From Rickettsiales endosymbiont of Dermacentor nuttalli (GTDB taxonomy: Bacteria > Pseudomonadota > Alphaproteobacteria > Rickettsiales > Arcanibacteraceae), in assembly GCA_048496475.1 (NCBI GenBank), contig JBGCXS010000002.1, positions 100,427 to 124,426 on the forward strand: a stretch of DNA of 24,000 nucleotides, in the 5' to 3' direction. A program made the position numbers and the translations under genes. The notes under the pieces are model-generated. The model made no database searches, was not told the origin of the DNA, and saw only the letters and a program-made list of their open reading frames with translations. Below, one piece after another: positions 16,631 through 24,000 of the stretch. The first letter of the stretch is position 1; each line of letters starts with the position of its first letter.

Positions 16631-17746
16631 CTATAAAGTATGTCCTAATTTTTCTGCTTTTGTTTTAAGATAGAAATCATTATATGAGTTATTATTAGTT
16701 TTGTGAGGTAGAATTTCTGTTACTTCTATACCTCCATCTGTTAAACCAATAGCTTTTCTAGGATTGTTACTTAATAACTTAACTTTTTTTATGTTTAATG
16801 CTTTTAATATTTGGCATGCATACGCAAAAGGGCGTTCATCATCATCAAATCCCCATGCTTCATTAGCTTCAACAGTATCTAAGCCTTTAGCCTGTAGTGA
16901 GTAAGTGCGTAGTTTGTTAATAAAACCTATACCACGTCCTTCTTGCATAAGATAAATGATGATACCAGTATTTTCCTTTGAAGAAGACATATATTGTATT
17001 GCAGATTCTAATTGATCACCGCAATCACACATTAGTGAAGTAAGTAAATCACCTGTGTAGCAAGAAGAATGTATTCTGACTACTGGATTAGAGACTACAG
17101 ATAAATCTCCTATGATTAAAGCATAATATTCCTTACCTCCGGTTATAGAGCGAAATGCCACAATTTCTACTTGTTGGGTGTACTTAAGTTTTAAGGGTGC
17201 CCTACATATTTCTTGTAGTAAATGAGGGTGTTGTTTTGGATAATTTATAATATCCTTATCTTCTAAAATAGATATTTTGTTATGATTTAGCCATAGATTG
17301 AGGTATTCATTATTATAATCTATGTCTATTACAATTGCAGCAGGAAGTAACTCTGCGATTTTCATTAAGCTTAGAGCTGTATTATTGCTATCAGTTGGAA
17401 TTAAGTTATACTCTTGTAGATTTAAAGTAGTTTCGCTAGAGGTAATTAAATTTACATTATCGATGTCATTAATATCAAGTATAATAGCTATAGGGTCCTT
17501 AAAGTGATCAGAACCTGATAAATAATTAGCTCTATTAGAGGGTATAAGTAGTTGTAGCTTATGAATATTAAGTCGATTTAGTAATTTTATATGGTTTGTA
17601 TGGAAATATTCTGCTGATATAATTAATGATGCAAAGTTGTGGTCATGTTTTAAAATGATTGCTAAAGAGTTTTTAATATCATTAATTGCTCTTTCTACGT
17701 AGAGTACAGAAAGTTCCGAGGATGAAAAATTTATGTCGTTTAGCAT
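16631..17746 (-). CDS. ribA: GTP cyclohydrolase II with a degenerate DHBP-synthase-like N-terminal domain
   Basis: The C-terminal ~170 aa carry RibA motifs: Zn ligands HSSCYTGDLLTSLMCDCG, then QEGRGIGFINK, DTVEAN and LLSNNPRK. The N-terminal ~200 aa align loosely to RibB, but the acidic catalytic loop is replaced (KHDHNFASLIISAEY). Confidence 0.85.
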   Translation of the reverse strand: MLNDINFSSSELSVLYVERAINDIKNSLAIILKHDHNFASLIISAEYFHTNHIKLLNRLNIHKLQLLIPSNRANYLSGSDHFKDPIAIILDINDIDNVNLITSSETTLNLQEYNLIPTDSNNTALSLMKIAELLPAAIVIDIDYNNEYLNLWLNHNKISILEDKDIINYPKQHPHLLQEICRAPLKLKYTQQVEIVAFRSITGGKEYYALIIGDLSVVSNPVVRIHSSCYTGDLLTSLMCDCGDQLESAIQYMSSSKENTGIIIYLMQEGRGIGFINKLRTYSLQAKGLDTVEANEAWGFDDDERPFAYACQILKALNIKKVKLLSNNPRKAIGLTDGGIEVTEILPHKTNNNSYNDFYLKTKAEKLGHTL

Positions 17747-17758
17747 AGGATAAATTTT

Positions 17759-18424
17759 ATGAATAATATAATAAGGTCTATTTTTATATGTAGTAATGAA
17801 AATTTTATCACAAAAATATTTGCACAGATACCTAATTATGAAGCGATTACAATTAAATCTTTATATGAGTTATCTGATATCAGCGTAAATAACAAAACTG
17901 CGCTCATCATAGATAGTTCAAGTCAACAAGTCAATTGGAAAGAGATTGAATCTGTAACGTTACAACTAGAGTTCATTATATTACTATATGATAAAACTGA
18001 TGAGAATTTGCAACAATTGCCTATAACTTTAACTATACCTATAGTTTACATAAATATGCCTTTTAAATTTGTAAAATTAATTTCGTTACTAAATTATTAC
18101 TTACGTACGGCACAGGAGAGTATAATATTAAGTAATAATTGTAGTTTTTCTTATAACAATAAATTGTTGGTAAAATTTAAAGAAAATAAGAGTATTACTT
18201 TAACAGAAAAGGAAGCATCGTTACTAAAATTTTTGTATAATGCACAAGGTAAACCTATAAGTAAGAATAAGATTTTAGAGCGTATATGGGGATATATGAG
18301 CATGTTAGACACCCACACTTTAGAAACGCATATTTATAGGTTAAGACAAAAATTAGGAGAAGATTCATATATAATTTATACTTATGAAGATAAATATGGA
18401 TTAAAAAGACATGATTTTTCTTAG
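17759..18424 (+). CDS. OmpR/PhoB-family winged-helix transcriptional regulator with an atypical (pseudo-)receiver domain
   Basis: The C-terminal Trans_reg_C pattern reads LTEKEASLLKFLYNAQGKPISKNKILERIWGY...THTLETHIYRLRQKLGED...YGL. The N-terminal ~115 aa have receiver-like beta/alpha periodicity but lack the acidic pair (S12-N13) and the conserved Lys (NMPF instead of KPF). Confidence 0.8.
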   Translation: MNNIIRSIFICSNENFITKIFAQIPNYEAITIKSLYELSDISVNNKTALIIDSSSQQVNWKEIESVTLQLEFIILLYDKTDENLQQLPITLTIPIVYINMPFKFVKLISLLNYYLRTAQESIILSNNCSFSYNNKLLVKFKENKSITLTEKEASLLKFLYNAQGKPISKNKILERIWGYMSMLDTHTLETHIYRLRQKLGEDSYIIYTYEDKYGLKRHDFS

Positions 18425-18471
18425 ATTTTGTAGTATGCTTATATACTAGTTTAATTATATTGGAGTGTATT

Positions 18472-18906
18472 ATGCAAAAAGTTATTTTATCACTAATGTT
18501 ATTGCTCTTTCCTGTAATAGGTTTTGCTGATAATTCAAACATTACTATAACTAATATGTGGGCTGCACCTACTATAGGAAATGTGGAAAATACAGCAGTT
18601 TATTTAGATATAACTAATAAAGGTACAGAAGCTGATACTCTACTTTCAGCTCAAACATCGATAGCAACTAAATGTGAATTGCATAAGACAGTTAATACAG
18701 ACGGTATTATCACAATGACCGCTATAGATAAGCTTGTTATTCCAGGTAATACTGTTGTAAAATTTGCTCCAAATGGTATGCATGTAATGTTAATGGGTTT
18801 AAACAAAAAATTAGTATTAGGTGATCACTTATTACTTACCTTAACATTTGAAAAAGCTGGTACTATTATAGTTGATGTTCCTGTACAAGCAAATAATGTA
18901 AAATAA
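18472..18906 (+). CDS. Periplasmic copper chaperone PCu(A)C (DUF461)
   Basis: Signal peptide MQKVILSLMLLLFPVIGFA. The sequence matches the PCuAC Cu(I) motif HX10MX21HXM exactly (H-KTVNTDGIIT-M-...21 aa...-HVM). TGGAG precedes the ATG at 18472, and the track start at 18460 is a TTG. Confidence 0.85.
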   Translation: MQKVILSLMLLLFPVIGFADNSNITITNMWAAPTIGNVENTAVYLDITNKGTEADTLLSAQTSIATKCELHKTVNTDGIITMTAIDKLVIPGNTVVKFAPNGMHVMLMGLNKKLVLGDHLLLTLTFEKAGTIIVDVPVQANNVK

Positions 18907-18920
18907 TTGTATAGAAAATG

Positions 18921-18945
18921 GCTTGTATTGCACTACAATACAAGC
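18921..18945. terminator. Hairpin after PCu(A)C, candidate intrinsic terminator
   Basis: gcttgtattg-cacta-caatacaagc forms a 10-bp perfect stem starting 15 nt after the stop codon. It is followed by TCCTTTAT on the plus strand and ATTTTCTAT on the minus strand. Confidence 0.45.
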
Positions 18946-19362
18946 TCCTTTATAAGTTCTTATCTACTAAACCTTTAAGTTGAGTTAGTATTCTCTACGT
19001 TTTTTCACATTCGCTTCCATATATAATATATATATGAGCTTTTTTATAAGTAAAATTTAGTTTTTAATCAATGTCTTGCCCCTTTTGCTTATACAAAAGT
19101 GCTGTTCTATTTCTGTCATATAGTAAAAATAGCCTGCTATTATTTATTACTATAGCTTTTTCACTTGTAATAGAGAAGTTGTTACTCGATTACTTATGTA
19201 CTATAGTAAAAACATTTGAATTTGCGTATGTCGTCACTCTTCACTCTCCTAATAACAGTAGGCTTTGCTCATCGCTCCTAGTATAAATATTCAACTTTTT
19301 TTCATTCCTATCCCTATTACAAGTTAATTTGCTATATAAGTGAATAAATATCTATAGAAATT

Positions 19363-20925
19363 TTAGTGTTTAAAATGCCTTGTATTAGTAAATATCATAG
19401 AAATTGAACACTCATTTGCAGCTTTTATTACTTCTAGATCACGTATAGATCCTCCTGGTTGTATGATAGCCTTTATACCCGCATCAGCTGCCATGATAAT
19501 ACTATCAGGGAATGGGAAGAATGCATCCGATGCAAGTACAGCCTTACTCATGCTTTGAAATTTTAACTTGTCTGTAGCTTTAGATAAAGCTATCTTTACA
19601 GAATCTATCCTACTCATTTGTCCTGCACCAATACCTATTGTAGCTTGGTTTGATGCAATGACAATAGCATTAGATTTAACATGTTTACATACACGATATG
19701 CAAATAGTAAGTCTTCAGTTTGTTTATCACTAGGTTTTTGTGTTGTAACAACTTGGAAATGATACTTGTTAATAAGAACAGTATCTTGTTCTTGTATTAG
19801 TACACCGCCATCTATAGATCTAAGATGATAAGAAGAGGTGAGAGTACTAGTTGATATAGGCATTAGTAAAATGCGTAAATTTTGTTTTTTACATAAGATA
19901 TTATGGGCATTTTTATCTATACTTGGTGCAATAATAACTTCTATAAAAAGTTTATTAAGTTCAGTAGCTAAAGATATGTCTATAAGGCGGTTTAAAGCTA
20001 TGATACTGCCAAAAGCACTACTAGTATCTGATGCAAGTGCAAGCTTATAAGCAGAAGTTATATCAAAAGCAGTGGCTACGCCACAAGGATTTGTATGTTT
20101 GATTATTACTGCTGCTGGAGATGTAAATTCACGTATTAAATTTACTGCTGCATCAGCGTCAAGTAAATTATTATAACTCAGTTCTTTGCCTTGAATTTGT
20201 TTGCTATTTAACAAAGTATGTTCTTGTCCAGGATTTAATACATATAAACCAGCTCTTTGGTGCGAATTTTCACCATAACGTAAATCTTGCTTAAGTGTTG
20301 CAGTAAAATTCATAGTATGCTTTAAAGCTAAATCATTGTTAGTTTTGGCTAACCAATTACATATTATAGCATCATAATGAGCAGTTAATGTAAACGCTTT
20401 TTGTGCTTGTTTACATCTAAATTCATAACTTGTTGCTCCATTGTTTTGTTTGAGTTCTTCTATAAGAGGCGTGTAATCTTCAGGATCTGTTATAACAGTT
20501 CTATAGAGCATATTTTTTGCTGCTGCTCTAATTAAAGTAGGGCCGCCTATATCAACATTTTCAATACATTCTATTGTAGTATTATTAGATGCTATAGTTT
20601 TTTCAAATTGGTATAAATTTACTATTACTAAGTCTATATCTAGTATACTATGTTCTTTCATAGTACTTAAATGCTCGGGGTGATCAGTAGCAAGTATACC
20701 ACCATATATTTTAGGATGTAGGGTTTTTACTCTTCCATCTAGGATTTCTGGAAAGTTTGTGTAGTCTTGTATTGGTAATACTTTTATACCAATACTTTGT
20801 AAATACTGAGCAGTACTACCGGTTGATATTATCTCAATCTCGTACTCTAGTAAAGTTTTTGTTATGTTCTCTAAACCTTGCTTATCGGTAACTGAAATTA
20901 AAGCTCGTTGTATTTTTTTTAGCAT
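19363..20925 (-). CDS. purH: Bifunctional AICAR transformylase / IMP cyclohydrolase
   Basis: 520 aa. The MGS-like N-terminus reads RALISVTDKQGL...ISTGSTAQYL...GRVKTLHPKIYGGIL. The AICARFT domain includes NLYQF, KHTNPCG and a C-terminal TNTRHFKH. AGGAG SD lies upstream. Confidence 0.95.
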   Translation of the reverse strand: MLKKIQRALISVTDKQGLENITKTLLEYEIEIISTGSTAQYLQSIGIKVLPIQDYTNFPEILDGRVKTLHPKIYGGILATDHPEHLSTMKEHSILDIDLVIVNLYQFEKTIASNNTTIECIENVDIGGPTLIRAAAKNMLYRTVITDPEDYTPLIEELKQNNGATSYEFRCKQAQKAFTLTAHYDAIICNWLAKTNNDLALKHTMNFTATLKQDLRYGENSHQRAGLYVLNPGQEHTLLNSKQIQGKELSYNNLLDADAAVNLIREFTSPAAVIIKHTNPCGVATAFDITSAYKLALASDTSSAFGSIIALNRLIDISLATELNKLFIEVIIAPSIDKNAHNILCKKQNLRILLMPISTSTLTSSYHLRSIDGGVLIQEQDTVLINKYHFQVVTTQKPSDKQTEDLLFAYRVCKHVKSNAIVIASNQATIGIGAGQMSRIDSVKIALSKATDKLKFQSMSKAVLASDAFFPFPDSIIMAADAGIKAIIQPGGSIRDLEVIKAANECSISMIFTNTRHFKH

Positions 20926-20999
20926 TTTTACTCCTAGGTATAAAGATGTTAATGTTTACTTTAATGACTACTGACGATAATAAATTATTTTTTAATATT

Positions 21000-21028
21000 T
21001 ATATACCGACTCTAATTAAGGAATGCAA
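21000..21028 (-). promoter_or_regulatory. Candidate sigma70-type promoter for purH
   Basis: The minus strand reads TTGCAT, a 17-nt spacer and TATATA, with the -10 element about 75 nt upstream of the purH ATG. Chance matches are common at this base composition. Confidence 0.25.
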
Positions 21029-21075
21029 ATTAAATTAATTCAAACTTTAATAATCAATAATATGAGAATTATATT

Positions 21076-23772
21076 CTAATTGGTTGTGTTAGTGGTCATA
21101 AGATAGTTCTTAAGCGCATCAGCTTGTATTTCCTTACTGACCTTATCTATGTTACCACTAACTTTTACAGTAAAAGAAAGCGGTTGCGCGCCAGCTTTAG
21201 GTATAAAGGCAAATTCTGTAATGGTATTTAATAACCAGCTATTAAGATCTATATTACCACTAAATACTCCTCGAGTACGATCTGTTGTGAGCTCTATAGA
21301 TTTAGTTTGCATTAAACCATTTTGAATATTAAAGGTTCCATCTATAGTATTAAAGGTTGTAGATCCATTCAGAGCAGAATGTAGCATAGCACCAAATTCT
21401 TGTATATTATAATTATTATGATTAGTGCTATTTACTAATACATTTATGTCTACGCCATTAAATTCGGCTTGCCTGGCTGCGATTATAAAATCAGAATTCA
21501 GTTGACTGATCATCGTAGCAATAGATGTACCTTGAGTAGAAATATTACCATTAGTACTTATATAACCGGTGATAGATTTTGTCTTAAATAGCTTGTCTAA
21601 TAGTTGTTCAAGAGAAGCATTGTTTAATACGTATGACATACTAAAAACCATAGGTTGGGTACTAAGTAATCCTGTAGCTGCAAATTGACCACCGAATACA
21701 TATGTACTCAATTTTGTTATGTATAATATGTAGTTGGTTAACTTAGCTTCAAAATTGAGCTTTTCTAAATTCAAACTGTTTATAGAAGCTTTATCAAAAT
21801 TTAAAACAATATTACCATCAAATGTGTGAATAAAAGTTAAGTTTAAGGGCGTAATAGACCATTTATGGCTTATATTCTTATTATTAGTTGTAGTAGCAAT
21901 TGGTTTCTCAGGATTAGAAAATAATAATTGGTTTATAAAATTATCATTGTAATTACTACCTTCAAAATTGATGTCTATTTTAGGGCGTAAATACCTAATA
22001 TCTAGAGCAAATATTCCGTTAAAATCTATGTTTTCTGATTGAATTGATAGATCCTCGAATTTTAATATACTTGGAGCTAAAAACAAATTAGTAGTAATAT
22101 GTGGAAATACATATTGGTTTATAGTTAAATTGTTGATATCTAAATTAAAATTAGCCTCAAATTTTATAGTGCGTAACCATTGTAAATTACTAAGATAATT
22201 ATAATTACTTTGTTTGATTTCTTGAACAAGATCACTTAGATAGTGGCTTAATCCATAATTATCTAAATTTAAAGAGGTAATGTTGAGGTCTGAGTTAATA
22301 TGTAATTTATCATGTAATCTTAGAATTATATTACCATTTAAAGATAAAGTATCTATTGTGGCATCAAGTTCAAATAAATTAATTTCTTTTGGTGTAGCTG
22401 TAACTTTTGTATAAAATACAAAATTATTATTTTGTATGTCTTTATTTTTATAGCCTAAAAAATTCATAATAGGACTTATACTAGTGCCTTGGGCATTAAT
22501 TAATCCAGAGAATATAGGTCTTATATCATTACTAGATATTGTGCCACTCAATTCTATTTTTGTGTCTTGATTAAATTCTAAAGTTGTATAGTACAATTCT
22601 ATAATACCATTAGATAACTCTGCATTTACTTTAGTATTATTTAAGTGATAATTATTATATATCATATCTTGTATATCTACATAAAACAGTATGTCTAGGT
22701 TTTTAGGAATTAACCAAGAATTTTGTTTAAGAGTGGTTGATGAAGTATTCATTAAATTAGATAATGCTTTTTGTTCAGCCAAGGAATCTTGGTTGAGATT
22801 AGGGTATTTTATTAAGTTATCTAAATCTAATTTGTTAAAAGTTAAATTTATATCAATTACTGAAGAATGTGATATTATATCACTTATATAACCAGAAGCT
22901 TTTATACTATTAGATTTAATATTTAAGTCTTTAAACGAAATTTCTTGTTCTGAAATTAATACATCACTCTCTATAGTAAGAGATTCAGTAGAATAAACAT
23001 TATTTAAAAAAGGTAGGCAAGTGATCAAGTATTGATTTGAGAAGATGCTGAAATCTTTTATGGAAGTATTGGATTTTCCTGTTATATTCCAATTTTCACT
23101 CTCATTATTTAATATACCTTTTAAGGATAAGATAAAATTAGGAGAAGTAAGCAGAGTTGTAATATCAGCTTTATTGCCTTTATATTTTAGTTTGAAATCT
23201 AAGTTAATAGTTTCTATGTTTAGTGGAGAAAATTTACCCTTGATTGAAATATCTTTATGATTAGTTATGATATTAGCAGTAATATTATTAAATATTATGA
23301 TGGGTGTATTAGGTTTTAATAAAGAAATATTAGTGTTTTGGAAGGCAATCTCTTTAATTGATGTTAAATGTTTATTAGTATTATTACCTGCAGATAGTAA
23401 AGTTTTTAGGGGGGCACCAAGCTTTAAACTTATGTTGCCGTTAATGAAAGTAATTTTGCTAAAAGAAAAATTGCCGGTGAAAAGAGACCATAATGAAAGA
23501 TCCGCTTTTATGTTAAGATTATTTAAGGTTAAATCATCTGTACTAGATGATTTAGATATCATTGTACAGTTCTTAATCATAATGCTAGGCCATGGTATGA
23601 TTGATAAATGTATTTTGCCTTTCACATCAAAAGTAAAATCTTTATTATTGTTATTAATATACTGGACTATTTTGGTTTTACAATTATCCCAATTAACAAA
23701 ATTGGGGATAAATGACAATATTCCAACTATTAAGAATATAATACCTATAATATAAATTGTTTTTTTAGGCAC
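21076..23772 (-). CDS. AsmA-family envelope protein (AsmA/TamB-like putative lipid-transfer protein)
   Basis: 898 aa with a GTG start preceded by AGGAG. An N-terminal TM anchor and AsmA-like start are present (IVQYINNNN..FTFDVKGKIHLSIIPWPSIMIKN). A long beta-rich N/I/S/T repeat-like body follows. The AsmA_2-like C-terminus reads GTFNIQNGLMQTKSIELTTDRTRGVFSGNIDLNSW. Confidence 0.8.
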   Translation of the reverse strand: MPKKTIYIIGIIFLIVGILSFIPNFVNWDNCKTKIVQYINNNNKDFTFDVKGKIHLSIIPWPSIMIKNCTMISKSSSTDDLTLNNLNIKADLSLWSLFTGNFSFSKITFINGNISLKLGAPLKTLLSAGNNTNKHLTSIKEIAFQNTNISLLKPNTPIIIFNNITANIITNHKDISIKGKFSPLNIETINLDFKLKYKGNKADITTLLTSPNFILSLKGILNNESENWNITGKSNTSIKDFSIFSNQYLITCLPFLNNVYSTESLTIESDVLISEQEISFKDLNIKSNSIKASGYISDIISHSSVIDINLTFNKLDLDNLIKYPNLNQDSLAEQKALSNLMNTSSTTLKQNSWLIPKNLDILFYVDIQDMIYNNYHLNNTKVNAELSNGIIELYYTTLEFNQDTKIELSGTISSNDIRPIFSGLINAQGTSISPIMNFLGYKNKDIQNNNFVFYTKVTATPKEINLFELDATIDTLSLNGNIILRLHDKLHINSDLNITSLNLDNYGLSHYLSDLVQEIKQSNYNYLSNLQWLRTIKFEANFNLDINNLTINQYVFPHITTNLFLAPSILKFEDLSIQSENIDFNGIFALDIRYLRPKIDINFEGSNYNDNFINQLLFSNPEKPIATTTNNKNISHKWSITPLNLTFIHTFDGNIVLNFDKASINSLNLEKLNFEAKLTNYILYITKLSTYVFGGQFAATGLLSTQPMVFSMSYVLNNASLEQLLDKLFKTKSITGYISTNGNISTQGTSIATMISQLNSDFIIAARQAEFNGVDINVLVNSTNHNNYNIQEFGAMLHSALNGSTTFNTIDGTFNIQNGLMQTKSIELTTDRTRGVFSGNIDLNSWLLNTITEFAFIPKAGAQPLSFTVKVSGNIDKVSKEIQADALKNYLMTTNTTN

Positions 23773-23907
23773 GCTATTACTCCTAGGTGACTTATTATCA
23801 AACTACTATGATATGTAGAACATTTTTTGACAATAATTAATTATTATATTACTCTCATCCATGTTAAACAAAAACGATTTAAAAAATATTAATAATAAAA
23901 GTGAGAT

Positions 23908-24000
23908 ATGCCTAAACGATCAGAATATATACATATAGGAAATATTGTTGCTGTACATGGTATTAAAGGTGAGGTAAAAATACAAAGTTTTGCAGCAAAA
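23908..24000 (+). CDS. rimM: 16S rRNA processing protein RimM, N-terminal 31 codons (continues past the right edge)
   Basis: Not in the ORF track. Manual translation gives MPKRSEYIHIGNIVAVHGIKGEVKIQSFAAK, the characteristic RimM N-terminal beta-barrel motif (iG.i...hGikGevki). Confidence 0.75.
   Translation, partial: MPKRSEYIHIGNIVAVHGIKGEVKIQSFAAK

Noticed and set aside
17747-17758. FMN riboswitch upstream of ribA
   Set aside because: Only 12 bp separate ribA from the divergent regulator gene. The sequence beyond is coding and shows no FMN-element-like conserved strings.
19071-19286. 71-aa plus-strand ORF in the PCuAC-purH spacer
   Set aside because: It has no SD before the ATG, implausible Cys/Leu/Phe-rich composition and no recognisable motif. 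I keep it only as part of the spacer observation, not as a gene.
20928-20939. Identical 12-mer ttactcctaggt upstream of both the purH (20928-20939) and AsmA (23777-23788) start codons
   Set aside because: On the coding strand it reads ACCTAGGAGTAA, a Shine-Dalgarno AGGAG with a few flanking bases. A single shared 12-mer in 24 kb of biased DNA is within chance expectation. There is no extended similarity on either side, so it is not a repeat element.
20926-21075. Possible ZTP (pfl) riboswitch in the purH leader
   Set aside because: purH is a classic ZTP-riboswitch target, so I read the minus-strand leader for the conserved GGGUCG...GACUGGCG and CCGCCUGGGC elements. None is present, and the leader is almost pure A/T.
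23045-23755. Plus-strand ORFs of 71 and 162 aa (plus 22691-22891) antisense to the AsmA-family gene
   Set aside because: These are shadow frames of a long, compositionally biased gene, with hydrophobic nonsense-like peptides and no SD. The same reasoning applies to 8074-8277, 8317-8529, 11068-11442, 13095-13541, 16397-16594, 17322-17507, 18255-18542, 19568-19762 and 19838-20050.
1-24000. Window-wide search for tRNA, rRNA, CRISPR arrays, transposases, integrases other than xerD, phage genes, toxin-antitoxin pairs or defence systems
   Set aside because: I found no T-arm-like GGTTCGA strings outside coding sequence and no spaced direct repeats. No ORF carries transposase, nuclease, methylase or defence-type motifs. 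The only recombinase is the housekeeping-type xerD.

Overview
This AT-rich window (roughly 30% G+C by eye, not computed) reads as core housekeeping DNA of a reduced, probably host-associated alphaproteobacterium. The Rickettsiales/Holosporales-like hints are a long-form icd with a C-terminal extension, xerD divergent from aroK, the fabG-acpP-fabF-mltG order and I/N/K-rich proteins. I support 22 protein genes. Two run off the window edges and are absent from the ORF track: xerD at the left and rimM at the right, both found by manual translation. The functions are recombination (xerD), a lone shikimate kinase, a CNNM/CorC-type membrane protein, Obg, a PAS-GGDEF cyclase, PBP1A, frataxin-like CyaY plus an ABCB exporter, icd, and a fabG-acpP-fabF-mltG-plsY-folP string. 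These are followed by a dual-BON lipoprotein, ribA, an atypical OmpR-type regulator with a PCu(A)C copper chaperone, purH, an AsmA-family protein and rimM. I found no rRNA, tRNA, CRISPR, transposase, phage or recognisable defence genes, and no large repeats. I do not see a clear novel multi-gene system. The items most worth a second look are: (1) a regulator lacking the receiver phospho-pocket, sitting just upstream of PCu(A)C with its start codon 12 bp from divergent ribA; (2) a 720-bp convergent spacer with frame-broken gene remnants and a perfect 17-bp-arm palindrome; (3) a ribA with a catalytically degenerate RibB-like N-domain; (4) a cyaY-ABCB pairing; (5) a stand-alone PAS-GGDEF with intact A- and I-sites; (6) aroK without aroB and with a changed GGG motif. 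All functional calls rest on motif recognition by eye; no database search was possible.
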